Below, one piece after another: positions 36,135-45,058 of a stretch of DNA of 51,332 nt. This DNA is from an uncultured Maribacter sp. GTDB lineage: Bacteria > Bacteroidota > Bacteroidia > Flavobacteriales > Flavobacteriaceae. Where the stretch lies: NCBI GenBank assembly GCA_964532755.1, contig CAZHJO010000001.1, positions 1-51,332 of the forward strand, read 5' to 3'. The notes beneath the pieces are model-generated. The model made no database searches. It had not been told where the DNA came from and saw nothing but the letters and a program-made list of their open reading frames with translations. Every line of letters begins with the position of its first letter. Positions within the stretch are counted from its first letter, which is position 1. The translations under genes were made by a program, and so were the position numbers.

Positions 36135-36350
36135 ATGGAACTTGCTGCAATCATATTTTTCATCTGCCTAAGTCTGCTTTGCATGGTAAAAATTTATAAG
36201 TTTTTGGCCCCTATTTTTGGCTGGGAAATTCCTGATTGTATAGTCAAAGATTCTGAAGAGAAGCCGCCTGAAGACCAAGAGGCGGTGTATGATCTCAATG
36301 GAAAATTAGTAGGTTACTACAAAAAGGAGGACCCCCAAGATGTCGCTTGA
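36135..36350 (+). CDS. Single-TM protein
   Basis: N-terminal hydrophobic helix; AAGGA RBS. Confidence 0.65.
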   Translation: MELAAIIFFICLSLLCMVKIYKFLAPIFGWEIPDCIVKDSEEKPPEDQEAVYDLNGKLVGYYKKEDPQDVA

Positions 36351-37197
36351 TTCTATTCGACAAACGTACCTACCGGATGAGGGTTGTGTATTTGTAAAGG
36401 GGGATCTATCCCAAGCAGAGTCTCGGATTGGATACATGTACTGCAATACAGAGAGAATGGTTAAGTGGGCGAATATGTATCCAGATGAGTACGACATGCA
36501 CTCTGACAACGCCGTAGATATTTTTGGTAAACATATTTTGGAGTTGTCTAAAGGGGAATTTAAGGGATACAGAAACATGGGTAAAAAGGTTGTCCACGCT
36601 GCTTGGAGAAAAATGGGTGGGGCTACTATGTCGGACAATATCCTCAAGGATAGTAAAGGCGAAGTTTACATGCACCCTACTCGGTGCCAAGACCTTATAA
36701 ATAAGTATCTACAGTCAAAGCATGAGGTTAATGGCATATATTTTAGGAGGGTTGAAGAAGAGATTTATTCAAAAGGTTTCTTGATCAATTCCTGGGGCAG
36801 GCGCTATGATGTAAGGTACATCGACATTGATGATGCGCTACTTCGGAAGTGTTATTCTTTCTGGATGCAATCTGAATGCGCCGAGATTACGAATCAAATG
36901 CTTTTTATACCGGGTACTAAGTACTTGATAGATAACTATAACCGCCCGATGAATATGCAAATACACGATGAAGTGGTAGCCAGTGTACCGGCGCATGGCG
37001 TTTATGATTACTGTTGTCGGATGAAGGAATCTGTAGAAGTCCCTATTGAAACACCTAAGGGTCTTGGGCAGACAATGATTATGCCTTTGGAGTTTAAAAT
37101 CTCTGACACTTTATATGGAGGCATTGAGTTTTGTAGAATGCCCCCGCAACAGGAATTTAACGAACAAATATCTGATTACTTGGGCGTAAACATATGA
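36340..37197 (+). CDS. polA: Split DNA polymerase A, C-terminal palm/fingers part
   Basis: IRQTYLPD.G, motif A DLSQAESR, motif B R..GKKVVH, MQS..A, motif C QIHDE; own AAGGAGG RBS. Confidence 0.92.
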   Translation: MSLDSIRQTYLPDEGCVFVKGDLSQAESRIGYMYCNTERMVKWANMYPDEYDMHSDNAVDIFGKHILELSKGEFKGYRNMGKKVVHAAWRKMGGATMSDNILKDSKGEVYMHPTRCQDLINKYLQSKHEVNGIYFRRVEEEIYSKGFLINSWGRRYDVRYIDIDDALLRKCYSFWMQSECAEITNQMLFIPGTKYLIDNYNRPMNMQIHDEVVASVPAHGVYDYCCRMKESVEVPIETPKGLGQTMIMPLEFKISDTLYGGIEFCRMPPQQEFNEQISDYLGVNI

Positions 37198-37274
37198 ATG
37201 TAATGGTGGTTTTTATAACTGGGTTTTGGTGCGGGCTTATGTCCGCATTTGCCTTAATCGCGCTTGTTATGTAA
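37194..37274 (+). CDS. 26-aa hydrophobic peptide
   Basis: ATGA overlap; MNVMVVFITGFWCGLMSAFALIALVM. Confidence 0.35.
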   Translation: MNVMVVFITGFWCGLMSAFALIALVM

Positions 37275-37284
37275 GGGGGGGATG

Positions 37285-37560
37285 ATGTCTCAGTATAATG
37301 AAGAATTAACCAATGTATTTAATCAGGTTAAACACCTAAGCGTCTCACACAAAACTTTAGTGCGCCAGTATACAACGCTTCAAAAAGATTATGATGAATT
37401 GTATCAATTGGTTCTAACCCTCTTGGATAGCATCGAAGATAAGGAACTCACAATCCATTCTTCCAGGCTACTAAAGATACGGGAAGAATGGCGTATAGAC
37501 CGCCGTTTTGACGAAAAGACTGAAGAGTTGACCTTCAAAATGCTAACATTGAGGGATTAG
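37285..37560 (+). CDS. Hypothetical coiled-coil protein
   Basis: AAGGGGGGG RBS. Confidence 0.65.
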   Translation: MSQYNEELTNVFNQVKHLSVSHKTLVRQYTTLQKDYDELYQLVLTLLDSIEDKELTIHSSRLLKIREEWRIDRRFDEKTEELTFKMLTLRD

Positions 37561-37562
37561 TA

Positions 37563-38801
37563 ATGGGCATACTCGATGATACGGGTAATCTGTTTAAGCT
37601 TTACGACTACATCTGTGGGGAAAGTGAATGCCCGAAACAATACCATTTTTGGGCGTGTGTGGCGGGAATTGCTGCAGCTTTGCGAGATAAATGTTGGGTT
37701 GAAATTATACCGGGTATGCCATTAAAGCCCAATCTTTATGTAGGCCTGATCGGGCCAGGTTCCTTGGGTAAAGGTTGGGCAATCTCTCAGATTGTGTCTA
37801 TATTAAATGCTGCTACTGAAACGCAGACCTACCGGGGAAAACTAACCTATGCTGCATTGATTGACAAGCTGGGCAAGCCCTACACAAATGCTTTGGGGGA
37901 AAAGCGTTTGGCAAATCCGGTCCTCCTCTTAATTATGGATGAGTTGAAAAATGCTGTAGGTTCCAACAAGGCCCTGGTTGAAGAACTGGTTTCTCAACTC
38001 ACGGAATTATACACGGCCACTAATTACCAACTCCAAACCTCAACAAGAAAAGATGGGGAGATCACCGTTGATAAATCATGTCTTTGTTGGCTATTCGGCT
38101 CCACACCAACTTGGCTTAAACATGTGTTAACACAAGACATTTTTGAGTCCGGCTTCATTGCTCGATGCTGTTTTATCCACGCCGGGTACAATTTAAAAAA
38201 ACGGATATTAAAGCCGAGATATCCCGCTGATCGAGAAAAGATTTTTGACCATATTCAGCAAAGATTTTACCATATGACCTTAGCCTATCAGGGAGAATTT
38301 AGTATTACCCCAAAGGCTGAAGAGCTAATTTTAAGCTGGTACGATACACGGGATGCTCCACAAGAACGATTGTTGTATTCCATCTGGTATCGCCAAAAAG
38401 AATTACTGCTCCGCTTCTGCATGATTAATTGCGTAGCCGACGGTGGGGCCATGATGATCCAGCCGATCCATGTCAAGCGTTCAATAAAAATGGTAAAATT
38501 TGTTTTCCAAAACGCTGTACACCTTCTAACCAATGCTACCCAATCTTACGAAACAAGCTGTATTAGTGCTGTCGCTGAGAAAATCAAAGCTAAAATTGCT
38601 ATTAAAAAATGCGATCTGAACCGGTACTTCAGTTCCAATAGGGGGTTGTCTGCTCAAAGAGTAAACAAGGCTGTAGCTGATTTAATTGAGCAAGATCTTG
38701 TCGAAACTAAACGTAGTCCACAAGGTAGGGGCTTAATCTACATGTGGAAAACTCCAAAGGAAAAGCCGAATGCCCAAGCCGAAAATTACGATAAAAGGTG
38801 A
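37563..38801 (+). CDS. DUF3987-like replicative helicase (P-loop NTPase with C-terminal winged helix)
   Basis: E.P..YHFW, PNLYV.LIGP...GKG, LIMDEL, L.ELY, GSTP.WL, GFIAR. Confidence 0.85.
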   Translation: MGILDDTGNLFKLYDYICGESECPKQYHFWACVAGIAAALRDKCWVEIIPGMPLKPNLYVGLIGPGSLGKGWAISQIVSILNAATETQTYRGKLTYAALIDKLGKPYTNALGEKRLANPVLLLIMDELKNAVGSNKALVEELVSQLTELYTATNYQLQTSTRKDGEITVDKSCLCWLFGSTPTWLKHVLTQDIFESGFIARCCFIHAGYNLKKRILKPRYPADREKIFDHIQQRFYHMTLAYQGEFSITPKAEELILSWYDTRDAPQERLLYSIWYRQKELLLRFCMINCVADGGAMMIQPIHVKRSIKMVKFVFQNAVHLLTNATQSYETSCISAVAEKIKAKIAIKKCDLNRYFSSNRGLSAQRVNKAVADLIEQDLVETKRSPQGRGLIYMWKTPKEKPNAQAENYDKR

Positions 38802-39786
38802 AATTGTTTTAGAGGCGTTGCAACAGTTCCCTGAAACCCCCACCCAAACACTGGCCAAGATGATCTACCGGGATAACAAAAAAATATTTTTGCATCAGGA
38901 ATCTGTGAGGGGGTTGATTAGGTATTACCGGGGACAGTCAGGTAAGTCTCATAGGAAATACATAGCAAATAAAGAACACCTTTCAAAACCGGGAAGTATC
39001 AGTCCATTTGAGGCTTTACCCAAAGGGATTGAGTCCCTTGAAACCCCTAAATTTAGAGTACTTAAGCACGAAAAGAGTTTGGTAATTTCTGATCTGCATA
39101 TTCAATGCCATAACGAGCAAGCTTTGTTTGCAGCTCTGGAATATGGTTATAAGAATAAGGTCAATGCAGTAATTATCTTGGGGGATTTAAACGACTTCTA
39201 TGGAATTTCGACCTTTAACAAGAACCCATATGAGCGGGACTTGTTGAATGAACTTCAGGTTACCCATAAGATCTTAGCTATTATGCGGAAGGGTTTCCCC
39301 AATTCTCGAATCTATATTAAACAAGGAAACCATGAAGATAGACTAAGGCGGTTCTATATGGTTAAGTGTCCAGAATTGCTAGGGATTCCTTACTTTGATT
39401 ATAAATTTCTTTTGGGCTGTGACAAGCATAAAATAGATCTGATTGATTCGTCTACCATTGTAAAAATAGGAAATCTTAACCTACTTCATGGACATGAGTT
39501 CGGGAGGTCGTTTGGTTCTGCCGTCTCCCCGGCAAGAAGCCTTTACCTCAAGACTAAATCAAATTGTTTACAGGCACACCATCATAGGGCAAGCGAATAT
39601 AGTGAGAGGGATTTAAACGGAAATAAAGTGACCTGTTATTCCATCGGGTGCATGTGCTCTTTACGACCTGATTGGAAACCTATTAATCAGTGGGAGCATG
39701 GATTTGCTTTAGTTGAATTGATTGATAGTGAAACAGGGGATTTTGCAGTCCAAAATAAAACAATACAAAATGGGAGGGTTTTTTAA
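38770..39786 (+). CDS. Calcineurin-like metallophosphoesterase with N-terminal helical domain
   Basis: ISDLH, GDLND, GNHE, HGHE, HHHR. Confidence 0.9.
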   Translation: MPKPKITIKGEIVLEALQQFPETPTQTLAKMIYRDNKKIFLHQESVRGLIRYYRGQSGKSHRKYIANKEHLSKPGSISPFEALPKGIESLETPKFRVLKHEKSLVISDLHIQCHNEQALFAALEYGYKNKVNAVIILGDLNDFYGISTFNKNPYERDLLNELQVTHKILAIMRKGFPNSRIYIKQGNHEDRLRRFYMVKCPELLGIPYFDYKFLLGCDKHKIDLIDSSTIVKIGNLNLLHGHEFGRSFGSAVSPARSLYLKTKSNCLQAHHHRASEYSERDLNGNKVTCYSIGCMCSLRPDWKPINQWEHGFALVELIDSETGDFAVQNKTIQNGRVF

Positions 39787-39966
39787 ATGGCACAATTACT
39801 TAATAGCGAACAATTAGCTTTTTATAATTATACCAAACGCTTAAGAACCTTGCAGAAAGAAAACTATAGATTAAGATCTGAAAATGATAAACTTAAAGAA
39901 GAGTTGAGTTATTACAAAGAATTAGAAGAGTTTGAGGAAAAAATACGTGAAGGTGTGTTGGACTAA
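39787..39966 (+). CDS. 59-aa coiled-coil protein
   Basis: ATG right after upstream stop; heptad L...N..L..EN..LK.EL. Confidence 0.6.
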   Translation: MAQLLNSEQLAFYNYTKRLRTLQKENYRLRSENDKLKEELSYYKELEEFEEKIREGVLD

Positions 39967-40003
39967 AAGCGAAAAGCCCCGGTGATTCAGGCCGGGGCTT
40001 CTC
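39965..40003 (-). terminator. Rho-independent terminator between converging arms (possibly bidirectional)
   Basis: AAGCCCCGG/CCGGGGCTT stem; U-tract on minus strand. Confidence 0.8.
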
Positions 40004-40042
40004 CATCCAAGCAAGTATGTAAGTTCCTTTTTGTCCTATAAG

Positions 40043-40255
40043 CTATCCCTTCGTTATTGCGTACCCTAAATTGCATATGATTCCTACCAATACAAATATA
40101 AGCGTGATTAAAATTTGTGTAAAGCGTTTTTGGTTGAATTTTTGTTGTTCCCTCATTGCATGTATTTCCCCACTTTGTTTATCAATTTCCCGCTCAATGT
40201 GAGATATCCGTGACTCAAAGCCCGAGTGTTGAGAACATAAAGTATCTGCCATCAT
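40043..40255 (-). CDS. XhlA/holin-like coiled-coil plus C-terminal TM protein
   Basis: C..HSG..SRI..IE coiled coil, one C-terminal TM; last late gene. Confidence 0.55.
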   Translation of the reverse strand: MMADTLCSQHSGFESRISHIEREIDKQSGEIHAMREQQKFNQKRFTQILITLIFVLVGIICNLGYAITKG

Positions 40256-42258
40256 TCCTCTGCTTGTTCTTCTGCCGCTTCAAATGAATAGAACTGTGCT
40301 GCGTCAGCTTCTTGGGTATTTTTCATAGTTTCCGAAACAGCCTTCTGTTGTCCGATTTTTCGTAATGCCATTCCTAACTTCGGACCAATTCCAGTGAATA
40401 TTCTGCTTTCCGTTACACCGTCATAAAGCGCCCTTGTAAGTCGGGGGTTTGTCATAGCCTTTGCTAAAACTAAGGGCGACATCATAATAGCACCAGCTCC
40501 TGCTAAGGCCCCCACACCAGCTTTAGGATCGTCTCCTGAAACCATAGAATAAACCCCGGCGCCGGACGATCCAATAGCTGCATAAGTTTTTAGCTGAATG
40601 AAGAAAGACTCTTCCGGCTTGGTTTTCTCAATGGTGTCCATTGCTGTAAAAAGCTTTTTAACCTGGTCAACCTGCTTTTGATTCCCAAACAATTCTGTAA
40701 GCATTTCAGGCGCTTTAGCTTCAACCTTGTCAAATCTTTTCAACATCATATCTGCCTTGAAAACCCCCTGTTCGTCTGTGGCACCCGCAAACATTTTAAA
40801 CCGGAGGGGTTTTAAAATCTCGTTTTCGTAATCCTTCATGAAATTTTGTTTAGGGACTTTGTAACCGTAATTCCCCGTTTCAGCTGGGGTTTTGGCCGCC
40901 AGATAGAAAGCATCCTTGACCTTCATGAGGGTATCGTATGATGCAGCAGGCTTGCCCATAGTGGGGTCCATCATATCCACCACGGTACCGGGCTTGTTTT
41001 TTAACGCTCGGCGCATGGACTTCATGGTTGCATTATGTAATACATCCTTATACTTACCATTAAATTGGTTGGCAGTGTCTCGGATATATTTCAACCCCGG
41101 CTGTTGATCTACAAATTGGTCAAATGGTTTTTCCAGGGAGGACTTCATGAAGGATAAACGCTTGTTGTATAGTTCATCTGTTTGACTGTAATTGGAGTTG
41201 AGAATCCTTAGGGTGGAATCTACGTCTACAGCATCAAGATTTTTCCAAGCTTCTTTATCAGAAAACTTAGGTAGTGCCCCAGCAGCTTCGGCTTGCCTGT
41301 ATATCCGAACCATGTCGGCGTCTTTAGTTTTAGCGAGAGCGTTCCTAAATTGGGAACCATTAAACTTTTTGTCGACTTTGGCCAAGCCTTTTGCGTATTG
41401 GTCATAGAGATACGCCTTATGGGCTTCTACGGGTTTAAATAGTTCCTTGGGTTCCGGCGTGTTGCCCAACACCCGATTCATAAAAGCCCCAAATTCAGGA
41501 CCAGTTTTTTCCTTAGCGGCCTTGGCTACATAGGTCTCTATAGAATCCTGAACATGTTTTACATTCCTTGCGTCAAACTGCCGGAATTTTGTAGACCCAG
41601 TTCCAGATCGAGCGATGGATTCCATGTGGTAGACAAGGCCTTTTTCTTCCGGGTTGAGCTGGGCTAAGGATAAACTAAATGGATCTTTACCTTTCCAGCG
41701 ATACCATTTCTTGGATGCTTGTTTATCGGGCGCTTTAGCTAAAACTGATTGAGCCGCCTCAACACCTTTAGGTACTGTCCGGGGCATTAAAATACGTTTG
41801 GCTCCAGCTAAGATACCCTTCCCCATACCGTGGAATACAGAACCAACAGCAATATCGGTAGCCCCTGCAACACCACCTGCTTTAATATCCTGCCATAAGG
41901 AATCTAATTCAGGGTCGGTACCGGCACGCTCAATCTGTCTTGCAGATAATTCCCCCATGGCTGCTGAAGCCCCGCCAATAGCCATTTGGGGTAGGAAGGC
42001 CATACCCCCGGACGCCGCCCCTGCAGCTATTGGGAGTCCGTATCTGGCACCAGCCGCAGCAACATCCTTTCCCCGCTGGATCTTTTCTTCGGCAGGCATT
42101 TCCGGTTTACCTGTGATCGTGGATATTGGGGGACCACTATCTTGGGGAATCGCTTCTGCCGTAGGTTGGAACTCCGATACTGGTTTAAAACTTCGGGTGA
42201 AGTTGTCCTTTTTCGTCGGTGTGCTGGGTACTTCTGCTACTGGTTTAAAATTTGCCAT
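40252..42258 (-). CDS. Putative DNA ejection/internal virion protein
   Basis: Gly/Ala-rich hydrophobic patches, helical, SP..LAKAMTNP; end of tail module. Confidence 0.65.
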   Translation of the reverse strand: MANFKPVAEVPSTPTKKDNFTRSFKPVSEFQPTAEAIPQDSGPPISTITGKPEMPAEEKIQRGKDVAAAGARYGLPIAAGAASGGMAFLPQMAIGGASAAMGELSARQIERAGTDPELDSLWQDIKAGGVAGATDIAVGSVFHGMGKGILAGAKRILMPRTVPKGVEAAQSVLAKAPDKQASKKWYRWKGKDPFSLSLAQLNPEEKGLVYHMESIARSGTGSTKFRQFDARNVKHVQDSIETYVAKAAKEKTGPEFGAFMNRVLGNTPEPKELFKPVEAHKAYLYDQYAKGLAKVDKKFNGSQFRNALAKTKDADMVRIYRQAEAAGALPKFSDKEAWKNLDAVDVDSTLRILNSNYSQTDELYNKRLSFMKSSLEKPFDQFVDQQPGLKYIRDTANQFNGKYKDVLHNATMKSMRRALKNKPGTVVDMMDPTMGKPAASYDTLMKVKDAFYLAAKTPAETGNYGYKVPKQNFMKDYENEILKPLRFKMFAGATDEQGVFKADMMLKRFDKVEAKAPEMLTELFGNQKQVDQVKKLFTAMDTIEKTKPEESFFIQLKTYAAIGSSGAGVYSMVSGDDPKAGVGALAGAGAIMMSPLVLAKAMTNPRLTRALYDGVTESRIFTGIGPKLGMALRKIGQQKAVSETMKNTQEADAAQFYSFEAAEEQAEE

Positions 42259-43946
42259 TGGCCATTCCCCATATATGTTGCTTTATTTCCATCTGCATCC
42301 TGATAAACTTTGCCGGTTTTGAGTGAGTCACCGCTCAATACTTTATGATTCTTCTTGTCAGCAGGAACCGTACTTTGGTGTGAAACACCAAGGTCGGGTG
42401 CAGCCTGTTTTTGTTGCTGTTTCTTATCAGCCGTATCTTCCAGGCCAAGATAGGTTTTGATATTGGGCATTGATTTTAAATCTTCAACCAAAACTTCTAA
42501 TTCAGTCGTCTCTCTACCTGCTGCCTTTTCTGCTGCGATGGTATTCAATGTTCCGTCTACAATAGACTGTTGGAAGTCGCTGAATTTAGAGATAAAGGCA
42601 GTAGGGCTTTCAGTCATTGCAGGCTGTAAGGCTTGTGCTAAAGCCACTTCTTTATCTGACATTTGTTTACCACGAACTTCGTACATAGTTTCCAGGAACT
42701 TAGCGACAGACGTTCTAAGCTTAATCCTTTGTTCATTGGGCATAATTCCCCAATCGTCTTGTAGACGGTTAAGGTATTCCATCTTCCCAGTGGGCAGCTT
42801 GCTTATATCTGCATCAGGACCTAATCCAGTAAACCCAGCGATAACATCCATTGCTCGCATACCGGTATCAAGAAATGTTTTCCCCCCGGCAACAGCCTTA
42901 GTTACTGCAGCCGTTACCTTAGGTTTCTTGATTTCTTTGGTGGCTTGCATCACTGCGACCTGACGATTAAACTTTCCACCGAACGTTGCAGCCTCAACTT
43001 CCTCTTGAGCGTAGCCTTTAGCCTTAACCTCACGAGCAATCTTATCAGAATCCATTTGATGGTATTCATCGTTTAAGCCATCAAAGCGGTCCAGGAACGG
43101 CTGTAGTCTTTCAGGTACAGCATACCCTTCACCACGCATTCCATGTAGCACAAATCCAGCCATAGCCTTGTCAGCATCGGCTTTTGGATAAAGTTTGGAT
43201 ATAGATTCTCTCAAAACAGGATCATTGTAATATTTTCCGAAAGTCGTCTCGGAAATTTGGTTCTTTTCATCAACGGACAGATCCCGTAAGTTCCCAGCGC
43301 TATCAGGCATCCAGCCGGTTTGCATGGTAATGTTCTCAACAATCTTGCTGGAAGGCATGTTAGGATTAGCTTTTTTCATTTGCTTGTAAGCGTCATACCA
43401 CCCGGCCTCTTCACCGTAGTGTTCGCCAATATCAATCCCGGATACCTTCTTTGCTAGCATTCTTTGAGTGAAATCGGGGGTAAATAGTTCATCCATATGC
43501 TTCTTTAATTCAGGAGGAACCATGCCATCTTGGATAGGCTCTTGAGGTGTGGCTCCTTGTAAATCTAATGCAGGCCCTGCAGGATCATTTAAAGGATTGT
43601 CCGGCGCCTTTTGTCCTGGCTCAGTAAACCCCAATTTTTCAGCTAAAGTTTGATCTAATGCTCTGCTTAACTTTTGATCCCTGGAGGGCGCGCCAGCAGC
43701 TACACGGTACGGGGTTACATCAATTCCAACCGACATAGCTTCCGGGGATAGCTTTTCAATCTGCTGAGTGTTACCTTCCTTCAGAGCATTATCCAAAAGT
43801 TTTCTATAGGCTAATCGGTTCTCCTTCTCCCTGGGATCTTCCTTTTCTTGTACCGCTTGAGGACGTTGCTGCAACCCTGGGGCGGCCGCTGCAGCGCTTC
43901 TTTGTGCTGCGGCAGCAGACGACATAACACTTGATAATAATGACAT
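42237..43946 (-). CDS. Putative DNA ejection/internal virion protein
   Basis: Ala/Gln-rich helical; G.QMSD.E motif; GKVYQDA.GNKA.Y.G.G.W tail. Confidence 0.65.
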   Translation of the reverse strand: MSLLSSVMSSAAAAQRSAAAAAPGLQQRPQAVQEKEDPREKENRLAYRKLLDNALKEGNTQQIEKLSPEAMSVGIDVTPYRVAAGAPSRDQKLSRALDQTLAEKLGFTEPGQKAPDNPLNDPAGPALDLQGATPQEPIQDGMVPPELKKHMDELFTPDFTQRMLAKKVSGIDIGEHYGEEAGWYDAYKQMKKANPNMPSSKIVENITMQTGWMPDSAGNLRDLSVDEKNQISETTFGKYYNDPVLRESISKLYPKADADKAMAGFVLHGMRGEGYAVPERLQPFLDRFDGLNDEYHQMDSDKIAREVKAKGYAQEEVEAATFGGKFNRQVAVMQATKEIKKPKVTAAVTKAVAGGKTFLDTGMRAMDVIAGFTGLGPDADISKLPTGKMEYLNRLQDDWGIMPNEQRIKLRTSVAKFLETMYEVRGKQMSDKEVALAQALQPAMTESPTAFISKFSDFQQSIVDGTLNTIAAEKAAGRETTELEVLVEDLKSMPNIKTYLGLEDTADKKQQQKQAAPDLGVSHQSTVPADKKNHKVLSGDSLKTGKVYQDADGNKATYMGNGQWQILNQ

Positions 43947-43958
43947 AATTTCACCTTC

Positions 43959-44501
43959 TTATAAAAAGGGTAAACTCATCCCGGCATTAGTCCCGCCACT
44001 TTTACCCTTGGCATTTACATTGCCTCCAACAGCGGCACCTAATCCGCTGGCAACAGCCCCTTGTGTCCCGCCAATAAACTGCGGGATAATAGAGAGAATT
44101 GTTTGAAACATTTGTTGTTGCCTGTTTGCCGATTCATTTGCAAAAGTTGGAGCAATTTGGCTTGTTTGGTGCTGACCCATCATACGGGCTTGCGCCATTA
44201 TATTTTCGCCTTCAGGGGTGCCCATGAGCCTTGATTTAACGAGTTGCTCTTTAGTGTTTTGCAAGGCCCTTCCTTGCGCCAACCGCGATTGACTGATGGC
44301 CGCTGAAGGGTCCAATTTATTATAAGGCGTTGCCCCTTGGCCTTTTAGAAGACCAGTCAAAGATCCCGCAAAAGATCTACGTAAATGTCCCTGTTCGTTC
44401 ATTAATTGTGAAGCCATCTTTTGCATTTGAGTTGCGGCTTCAGATGTTTGCGAACCGCTTGACTTACTACTTGATTTACCACCTGATGCACTTCCACCCA
44501 T
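43959..44501 (-). CDS. Putative small ejection protein (P22 gp7/T7 gp14-like position)
   Basis: MGGSASGGKSSS start; Gly/Ser/Gln-rich; follows GNAT-like gene. Confidence 0.65.
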   Translation of the reverse strand: MGGSASGGKSSSKSSGSQTSEAATQMQKMASQLMNEQGHLRRSFAGSLTGLLKGQGATPYNKLDPSAAISQSRLAQGRALQNTKEQLVKSRLMGTPEGENIMAQARMMGQHQTSQIAPTFANESANRQQQMFQTILSIIPQFIGGTQGAVASGLGAAVGGNVNAKGKSGGTNAGMSLPFL

Positions 44502-45058
44502 TATACACCAATCCTTTCATTTAACCGGTACATCTTTGATTGTTCAAAATTACCTTTAGATAATAATACAAAAAACACATTATCAACACCGTAAATGTGG
44601 GGGACAAAACCAGTTACTTCATATCCCATGGAACGGTGCACTTTTAGCTTATCCTTCTGCCAAGTGGTTCCTAAGATATAATCATAATGACAAAAAGCTA
44701 GCTTATAAACCAGCGTTGTTAATTGCACCCCCCGCTTGGAAGATCGTAGTGGATCGGAAAGCCAAAGACCGCAGATAAGTGTCCGATCCGTAGGGTGGAG
44801 CGATGATGGGTAAGCCCACCATGCGAACTCGATTTTGTTTTTGCTGTTTAAAGCGTATATGAAAGTTGTAGGGGGTTTGAACGTTTCGAACATCTGCGAA
44901 AGACTGCGGCTTGCGGGTTCCAGGATGTCGCTCAATTCTCCGGTTGCGTGTAAATCAATCCACCAATGTAAGAGCAAAAAATCTTCGTTCTCGTTGCTGG
45001 CATACAGCCTCAAGCGTAGCTTTTCGGCTTGCTTGCGCAACTCATCCGGTATTATCAT
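44501..45058 (-). CDS. GNAT-fold virion assembly protein
   Basis: WL...LR...G, MGYEVTGFVP; position before ejection genes as in podoviruses. Confidence 0.65.
   Translation of the reverse strand: MIIPDELRKQAEKLRLRLYASNENEDFLLLHWWIDLHATGELSDILEPASRSLSQMFETFKPPTTFIYALNSKNKIEFAWWAYPSSLHPTDRTLICGLWLSDPLRSSKRGVQLTTLVYKLAFCHYDYILGTTWQKDKLKVHRSMGYEVTGFVPHIYGVDNVFFVLLSKGNFEQSKMYRLNERIGV

Noticed and set aside
32606-36339. Group I/II intron or intein in polA
   Set aside because: Gap is filled with RBS-bearing ORFs; no homing endonuclease, RT or intein motifs; downstream half has its own RBS. Not formally excluded without RNA data
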